In this document: positions 56,570-64,000 of the stretch, piece by piece
Layout: each line of letters begins with the position of its first letter
Numbering within the stretch: the first letter of the stretch is position 1
NCBI GenBank assembly: GCA_964016885.1
Contig: OZ024743.1
Span: 197,966,001 to 198,030,000, forward strand
Reading direction: 5' to 3'
DNA: 64,000 nt
DNA from: Eledone cirrhosa
Lineage: Eukaryota
Program-made: the position numbers and the translations under genes
Notes under the pieces: model-generated
Database searches by the model: none
What the model saw: the letters and a program-made list of their open reading frames with translations, nothing else
Told to the model about the DNA's origin: nothing

Positions 56570-57100
56570 AAAACACAAGTACTATCCACCAGACATTTCC
56601 ATCAAGGAGGAAAAGATGAATGCTGTGCATCAGTTCTGCTATCTTGGGAGTGTCAATTCTGATGACACTAGAATTGATAAGGAATTAGACAAAAGACTAG
56701 CCAAAGCCAGTAGCGCCTTCAGGAGACTAAAGAAGAGGGTTTGGAGAAACAATGACCTCAAAACAGAGAAAAAATTCAGAGTCTACAGGGCCATAGTCCT
56801 TACCACTGTCTTATACGGCTCCGAGACATGGGTCTTGTATCGCTGTCTCACCCGTCTCCAGGAAAGATTGCACCAATGCTGTCTGCGCAGCATACTAAAC
56901 ATTCACTGTAAAGAACATGTCACCAACGGAGAGGTGCTTGAGAGAGCCAAGACGGCCAGTTTCGAGGTTACACTTATGAACACATAGCTGTGCTCTATAG
57001 CGCATGTCTCCAGAATGGCAATTGTGTTCTAGGCAGGATTGTCTTCTGGCAGTCGTAACAGTGGTGTGCCAAAGAAGCGGTATAAAGATATGTTAAAAAA
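56570..57100 (+). mobile_element. RTE-clade LINE 3' fragment
   Basis: FCYLGS..DKELDKRLAKASSAFRRL..YRAIVLTTVLYGSETW..HQCCLRSILNI..VTNGEVL. Confidence 0.88.
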
Positions 57101-57339
57101 TTCTACTGTCAGTTTTCTTACAACTTGGCATCTTTCTTACAAATTGACTAATGTCACCTGTGACTTTCCTTTACTCTCTACCCTTCTCTGAAAGAAATCT
57201 GTTTTATTCTGACATGGAGAGTAGATGGGTTCTGCCAGGATTTTAAAAAATGCCATAGAGTCGCCGTATGTCCATACGGGACCACCATGACTCCAGCGGG
57301 AGTTATGGGACCATACATACACAGACACGCAAATGTATG

Positions 57340-57465
<126 letters not shown>

Positions 57466-57574
57466 TATATATATATATATATATATAATGAAAAATTGAA
57501 CAGGGACAGAACAGAGAGGCAGTACGACAAATGTTTATTAAATTCACGCTCAGGAGAGTGGGGGGTAGGTGGAG

Positions 57575-57608
57575 GACGACGTTTCGGGCATAAGCCCTTC
57601 TTCAGGTG
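57575..57608 (-). ncRNA. Minimal HHR motif (weak stem I)
   Basis: CTGAAGA-aGGGC ttat GCCC-GAAA-CG-TC; palindromic ACGT stem III. Confidence 0.6.
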
Positions 57609-58161
57609 AGAGTTCAAAAGGTGTGTAGGGGAGTGGTGGAGAGACATATAGCGAAAGGAAACGGTGCGAATGAAAAATTAACAAATAAAGACAAAAATAT
57701 AATAAATAATAAATAATAAATAATAAATAAAAACTATATAATAATAAATAATAAATAATAAATAATAAACTATATAATAATAAATAATAAATAATAAATA
57801 ATAAATAATAAATAATAAATAAAAACTATATATATATATAGTTATATATATATATATATTAATATGTGTAGAAGTAAACACAGTAAACCCGTGTCTAAAA
57901 TTACGAGCGTAGATTATACCACAAATGTTATAAATCATTCAACCTGAATCATATGGGATCTTACAAGATTTCTTACAAGATTTCTCATACATACCATATC
58001 AATAACCATATCAATAACCATATCAATAACCATACAAATAACTATATCAATAACCCTATCAATAACCTTGCAAATAAAATATAGAGTTATTAACTCATAT
58101 AGATACCCTGCAATTAATAAGCTCAAAGTATAAATACTGAGCATTATTTGTAAAGGCAGTA

Positions 58162-58352
58162 TGGTGGTGGATTGGCAGTATCGGTAGAGGGTCGGACGCC
58201 ATGCTTTGACGCATAGAGTTACGGCCCTTGCCATTCTGAGTTCAAATCCCGCCGAGGTTAACTTTGCCTTTCATCCTTACGGGGTCGATAAAACGAAGTA
58301 CCAGTAATACACTGGGTAATTGCTGGCCTTGTGCCTAACGTAGAAACAATTA
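58162..58352 (+). mobile_element. Nin-domain SINE
   Basis: Family match. Confidence 0.9.
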
Positions 58353-58508
58353 TTTGTATTTCGGCTCCTTATCTGTTGAGCTAATAAAAATGAGTGTAAA
58401 TAGGCTATTATTTCTAGCATAACCACTCGCACCGCATATGACTTTCAACGCACGAGGTGTAAATTTTAGTGAGTTTATTGTTATAGGTGTTATGTAACAT
58501 TTACTCTT

Positions 58509-58600
58509 ATCTCCTGCTGACGAAATGCCTACGGATTATTTGTTACAAACACGATTCATTCAGGGCGAAACAGATTAAATCTTTAGTCTGTCCGGGAGAT
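58509..58600 (+). ncRNA. Type I HHR with long stems I and III
   Basis: ATCTCCTG-CTGACGA-..GCC..GGC-GAAA-CAGATTAAA tc TTTAGTCTG-TC-CGGGAGAT. Confidence 0.75.
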
Positions 58601-58765
58601 GAAATGGTTATTGATATGGTACGTATGAGAAATCTTGTAAGAAATCTTGTAATATCCCATATGATTCAGGTTGAATGATATATAACATTTGTGGTGTAAT
58701 CTACCCTCGTAATTTTAGACACGGGTTTACTGTGTTTACTTCTACACATTAATATAATGCTCAGT

Positions 58766-58946
58766 TGGATTGGCAGTATCGGTAGAGAGTAGGACGCCAT
58801 GCTTTCCAGCATAGTTACGTCCCTTTACGGACTGAGTTCAAATCCTGCCGAGGTTAACTTTGCCTTTCATCCTTTCGGGGTCGATAAAATAAAGTACCAG
58901 TAATGTACTGGGTATTTGCTGGCCTTGTGTCAAAAGTAGAAACAAT
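58766..58946 (+). mobile_element. Nin-domain SINE with 16-bp TSD
   Basis: taatataat(g/t)ctcagt at 58750-58765 and 58947-58962. Confidence 0.9.
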
Positions 58947-59038
58947 TAATATAATTCTCAGTATTTATACTTTGAGCTTGATAATTGCAGGGTATCTATA
59001 TGAGTTAATAACTCTATATTTTATTTGTATATATATAT

Positions 59039-59088
<50 letters not shown>

Positions 59089-59091
59089 AAG

Positions 59092-59129
<38 letters not shown>

Positions 59130-59164
59130 AAGTTTTTTATATATACACATACACTTATATATAA

Positions 59165-59341
59165 GTTTATCCCGGTTCAATCGTCGGTAACAACAGTAAG
59201 TAAGATACTCAATACATAGCAGAGTATATATATTTAATATAGAAATGGTTTCTACAAGAGTAGAACTGTTTCATTCGGGAGAAATCATCAGGAAGGCCTG
59301 ATGATTTCTCCCGAATGAAACAGTTCTAGTCCTGAAGAAGC
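59165..59341. mobile_element. Fold-back pLTR (family H), HHR 59249-59295 (-) and core at 59298 (+)
   Basis: Homologous to 28134-28311 and 32671-32850. Confidence 0.8.
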
Positions 59342-59804
59342 TATATATATATATATATATATATATTTAAAGGTTAAACAAGATTCAATGAATAAATCAA
59401 AGAATGAGTTTTACTTTTTGCATCATCTAATTATACGCTATTTATCCACGACAATACAAATCTCCCTCCCTATGGTTTACACTATAAAAATTATTCCTCC
59501 TTGTCTCTCTATCCTTGATTAATTCTCTTTTGCTTTCTATACTTCTAGTAACTATCTTTTTCCTCATCTGTTTCTCTCTGTCTTTCTTCTTTCTTCAATA
59601 ATTTAAATTATTTGAATCTCTAACAGTTATGTAAATTGCTATTATGTATTTTTAAGCTTTCTCACACGCACCCTCTGTATTATATGTAATTTTTTCATGT
59701 CTCAATCTTAAGGTATATAACTATTGAGTTTTGTCATATCTTATTCACTACCATGACTGAATCTTAACCATCTACTAAGTCAGGGTATGTCATGCATCAT
59801 CTTA

Positions 59805-59867
59805 TTTTATCTGATGAGGATGTACTGTTGAAGATAGCTCAGTACCTCTGAAATATGTATAATAAAA
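59805..59867 (+). ncRNA. HHR motif near the end of a pLTR-like segment (59368-59912)
   Basis: TTTTAT-CTGATGA-GGAtGTACTG..CAGTACcTCT-GAAA-TATGTA-TA-ATAAAA. Confidence 0.75.
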
Positions 59868-59913
59868 CATACTTGATCACACGAATGTCTATTTTTGTTA
59901 ATATTTTGAATTA

Positions 59914-59959
<46 letters not shown>

Positions 59960-60043
59960 TCGTGTGTGTGTGTGTGCGTGTGTGTGTGCGTGTGTGTGTT
60001 CGTGTGTGTGTGTTCGTGTGTGTGTGTGTGTGTGCGTGTGTGT

Positions 60044-60133
<90 letters not shown>

Positions 60134-60260
60134 GTGTGTGTGTGTGTTTGTATGAGTTTCCCTTCAGGAATTGAGATGCATATGCATCGTTGAGATATAT
60201 TCGGCAGGAAGATATACGGTAAGATCCACTTTTTATGGTATTGTCTTTGTTGCACAGAAC

Positions 60261-60371
60261 ATAAAGTAATATTGTTGAACTATGTTCAACAATATTACTT
60301 TATAAAATTTACTTTATAAGAATTACTTTATAAGAAACAGATATATTTAATGAACATATCTGTTTCTTATA
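60261..60371. repeat. Two adjacent short hairpins
   Basis: ataaagtaatattgttgaac tat gttcaacaatattactttat; tataagaaacagatat..atatctgtttcttata. Confidence 0.75.
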
Positions 60372-60532
60372 TACTAATTTTGGACAACACCAAAGAAAGC
60401 CGATATCTTCAAATTGCAAGTATAATTCCAGCTCACATTTCATCTATGTATAGTTGTTGATGGATATGTGTGTATATATGTGCATATGTATATTGATACA
60501 TATGTATGTATGTATTTATGCATGTATGTATG

Positions 60533-61325
60533 CATACAGCTCTGAGTTTTTCATCCTCAGTGTATACTGATTAATGTTCAGAGACATCCTCAGCATTCTC
60601 GTGTAGCACCCATCCACCATCTGAGTGAGTTTCCTGGTCAGTGTCCAAGTCTCAGACCCATACAGCAGCACAGACTCCACTACAGCAATGAAGAGGCGGA
60701 TTTTCAGGTCTCTACGAAGGTCCGACTTCGACACCGATCTCAAGCTGTGGCACGCCGCCCAGGCCTTGCTCTTCCTCTCAACCACATCATCTTCCGTATT
60801 CCGAATCTTTGCTCCCAAATACAGGAGGCCCTCAACCAATTCTAGCGGCTTCCCGCCTACATTAGTGATCCCCTCTGGCTTCTCAACATTCTCTACCAGA
60901 TATTTTGTTTTAGTCTCATTCATTCTCAGCCCCACATTCATCGACACAGTCTCAACCTCCCGCATCAAATCCTCTGCCTCCTTCACTGTATTTGTCACCA
61001 AAACTATGTCGTCGGCAAATTCAGCATCCGATATTCAGAGCTGTATGGGAGCATCCCACAAGTCAGCTCAAAAGTGACACAGAGGAGACTGAGGTGAGCT
61101 GGACATTCTCAGACATCCAGAGTTGACATTGCACTCAGTACTCCTTTGGGAGCCCCTACATGGACACACTAGAAGAGGAAGACCAAGGTTAACGTATGTT
61201 GATACCCTAAGGACAGACACTGGTCTGTTGGAGACGCAGGACATGGCAGCGATGATGAGGGACAGAGACCGCTGGAGAGAACTCGTCCATGGATCTCGGG
61301 AATTTTATCCGCCTTAGAGAGTATG
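60533..61325. mobile_element. RTE/RTEX-like LINE with 5' inversion (60533-61030 minus, 61031-61325 plus) and 16-bp TSD
   Basis: FADD, YLGA, VESVLLYGSETW on minus; HGHTRRGRPRLTYVD..DRDRW on plus; tatgcatgtatgtatg at 60517-60532 and 61326-61341. Confidence 0.88.
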
Positions 61326-61521
61326 TATGCATGTATGTATGTCTGTATGTATATATGTGCACAGTCTTTCCTCACTTTAGAAAATATCTTCACGCACAGG
61401 CATTGCACGATAGAATTAATTAATAATTATTAATAATGGTATATCGTGCAATGGCCATGCTCGATAACGAGGGGGCAGCCATCATCATGTATATATGTAT
61501 GTATGTATGTTTGTATAAATG

Positions 61522-61557
<36 letters not shown>

Positions 61558-61653
61558 TGCATACAGACGTGCACACAGGCACATATATATATAGATAGAT
61601 ACGCGCATAAGAAATATGTAAGGATATATATATATATGTATGTGTGTATATAT

Positions 61654-61761
<108 letters not shown>

Positions 61762-61924
61762 AACGTACCGGGTGCACAAGTGGTAAATATCTGTGGAATT
61801 AATTAATTTCAATGTGAATTACCAATCCACAGACGTGAGTTATCTGTGAAAAATGTTGTGTCATAGAGAAACGAAGAGCGTTAATTGGGAAGTGGGGATG
61901 TGTAAGAAGGAAAGTGAGAGAGAG

Positions 61925-61955
<31 letters not shown>

Positions 61956-62641
61956 GGGAAAGAGAGAGAAAGTGAGAGTGAAGGAGAGAGAGAGATGTTG
62001 AGAGTGTGAGGGGGGAGAGAGGGAGGCGGGAAAAAGAGCATCTAAGAATGTGCTTGGGTAAATATATAAAGAATGCGAAGGTGACAAGTTTTTGTATGTG
62101 GCGAGGCATCGAGATGAAACCGAAGAACAAAGTATAATAATAATAATAACAATAATGATAATAAAAATAATAATAACAACAACAACAACAATAATAATAA
62201 TGATAATACTACTACTACTAATAATAATAACAAAGAAGAAGAAGAAGAAAAAAGATAGTAAATATGAATAATTGAACTGACTGATAACTTACGAAGGAAG
62301 TGTGAAGAAGATGTACTTTGTAGAGGCTGTGGTGGCAAATTTTGAGGTAACGATAGACGAGAGAAATCGTCGGGGTGTGGGTTCATGTGGGATTAAAATA
62401 AGAACTGAAATTGATATAGAGATCAAGTTGAATAAAATAACAACAACAAGAAATTGAGAAAGATATTTCAGGAGATATTTTGTGTAACATCCTGAATATG
62501 GTGTAGTATGGGAGTAAAGAGTGCCAAGTGACTTGACATCGGTCTGTAAATAGATAACAGCCGAAGCAGACAAGGCAAAGTGTGTTATGTCTGACACAGA
62601 GTATAGAATGGATAAGAAAATAATGGTAATATAAATATGCA

Positions 62642-62710
<69 letters not shown>

Positions 62711-62713
<3 letters not shown>

Positions 62714-62741
62714 TACACTTTGATCTTAGCCAAAAGGCCGA
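62711..62741 (-). pseudogene. U2 snRNA 5' fragment
   Basis: TCGGCCTTTTGGCTAAGATCAAAGTGTAGTA matches U2 stem I and the branch-point recognition region, then (TA)n. Confidence 0.85.
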
Positions 62742-62789
62742 TATTCTGATGTCTGAATATATCCGTCTGTGTATAATGTATATGATGAT

Positions 62790-63245
62790 AATAATTGTTT
62801 CTACTATTGGCACAAGGCCAGCAATTACCCAGTACATTACAGGTACTTTATTTTATCGATCCCGTAAGGATGAAAGTCAAAGTTAACCTCGGCGGGATTT
62901 GAACTCAGAATGGCAAGGGCCGTAACTCTATGCGTCAAAGCAAGGCGTGCGACCCTCTCATGGTTTCTTATATAGGAACAAGGCCAGTAATTTTGGGAGA
63001 GGAGAAAGTCGAATAAATCGACCTCAGTTTGTCACTGGTACCTTATTTTATCGACCCCGTAAGGATGAAAGACAAAGTTAACATCGGCGGGATTTGAACT
63101 CAGACCGGAAAGGGACATGAACTGCAATTTTGGAGAAGGTGAACGTCCATTAAATCGACACCAGTGTGTGACTCTTACTTTATTTTAATTACCCCGTAAG
63201 GATGAAAAGCAAAGCTAGCCTCGGTGGCATTTGAAATCAGAACTA
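62790..63245 (-). mobile_element. Three tandem Nin-domain SINE copies or fragments
   Basis: cccgtaaggatgaaa core at about 62861, 63056 and 63193. Confidence 0.85.
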
Positions 63246-63609
63246 ATGCTATTCTGGAATGTATATTAGATTCCCACTTGTCAGGAGCCACTATCACCCG
63301 TTGCTGGTTGGTGAGAACCCACGGGGATTTTGTATACCAGTACTTATCAAAATTTGACAGTTATGTATGTGGATGTTCATTTGAAGTAGAATTTAAAAAG
63401 ATTACACAACTTATATATATTTATATTTTTTATTTTCTATTCGTCTGTTGGAACACAGAACAAGCTAAAAAGAAAGAGTGTGTGTGTGTGTAGGAGGGTG
63501 GGTGGGTGTATACATTTAAAAATATAATTATGGTTTCTTGAATGCTGCCTTATTATATTACTAGTAATTTAATGCTGCGTTTCAACATGAAATAGATCCC
63601 TACCTCTGA

Positions 63610-64000
63610 CCTAAGGATTTCTTAGGAGCCCCAGCAAATCTAAACTATCATCCTCTACTACAGCATCCAAGGAGGGCGCCCTATCTCTAAACTCTCCAGC
63701 CTACAGGCGCATGGTCGGGATAGGCCATCCTCGCTACAATGAACTACATTGTAACAAATGTACTGGTGGGCAACACTTCGCTCTCTACGATCAACTTCCT
63801 TTATAACTGGAACTTGAAGAAAATGATGATGGCATAGATGAAGAAGAATGTGTCTTTCTTCGGTCCGTTCAGCAATGTCCACCAATCAACTTCTTTCACT
63901 ACAGCCACCAGGCAAAGAAGAATGCAACTGTGTTGGGCGATTTTCACGATGGTCTCAATCGCTAGCCGGATCCGTCCTACACGTAATAAGAGCTGTTCGA
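63610..64000 (-). mobile_element. Probable L1/Tx1-like LINE ORF2 C-terminal remnant
   Basis: Degenerate frame EQLLLRVGRIRL..LCLVAVVKEVDWWT..FFKFQL*RKLIVER resembles L1/Tx1 C-termini; recognised by resemblance only. Confidence 0.5.

Larger units (their letters stand above)
57862..59027. mobile_element. Inverted, permuted duplication around an HHR, interrupted by two SINEs
   Basis: 57865-58030 is the reverse complement of 58604-58750; 58070-58147 is the reverse complement of 58950-59027; (AT)n flanks. Confidence 0.7.

Overview
AT-rich, microsatellite-dense animal genomic DNA with no supportable host gene. The SINE and repeat content resembles an octopus or other coleoid mollusc (inference). 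The window is almost entirely retroelement-derived: Penelope-like elements (PLEs; RT + GIY-YIG), R4/Dong-like, RTE and L1/Tx1-like LINE fragments, many copies of a tRNA-derived Nin-domain SINE, and a probable Helitron and MITEs. The main unannotated signal is non-coding. A 5.4 kb head-to-head array of a 466-bp unit (18948-24319) carries one intact minimal type I hammerhead ribozyme (HHR) motif per unit, 11 in total. It looks like a retrozyme-like non-autonomous element, and older relatives lie at 5252-6462 and 39303-39535. At least a dozen further HHR-bearing families occur, mostly in short fold-back insertions in (AT)n, including U3:A8, U4C and A4 core variants. A 31-nt U2 snRNA 5' fragment is fused to (TA)n. 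All ribozyme calls are by-eye motif and pairing readings; activity is untested.
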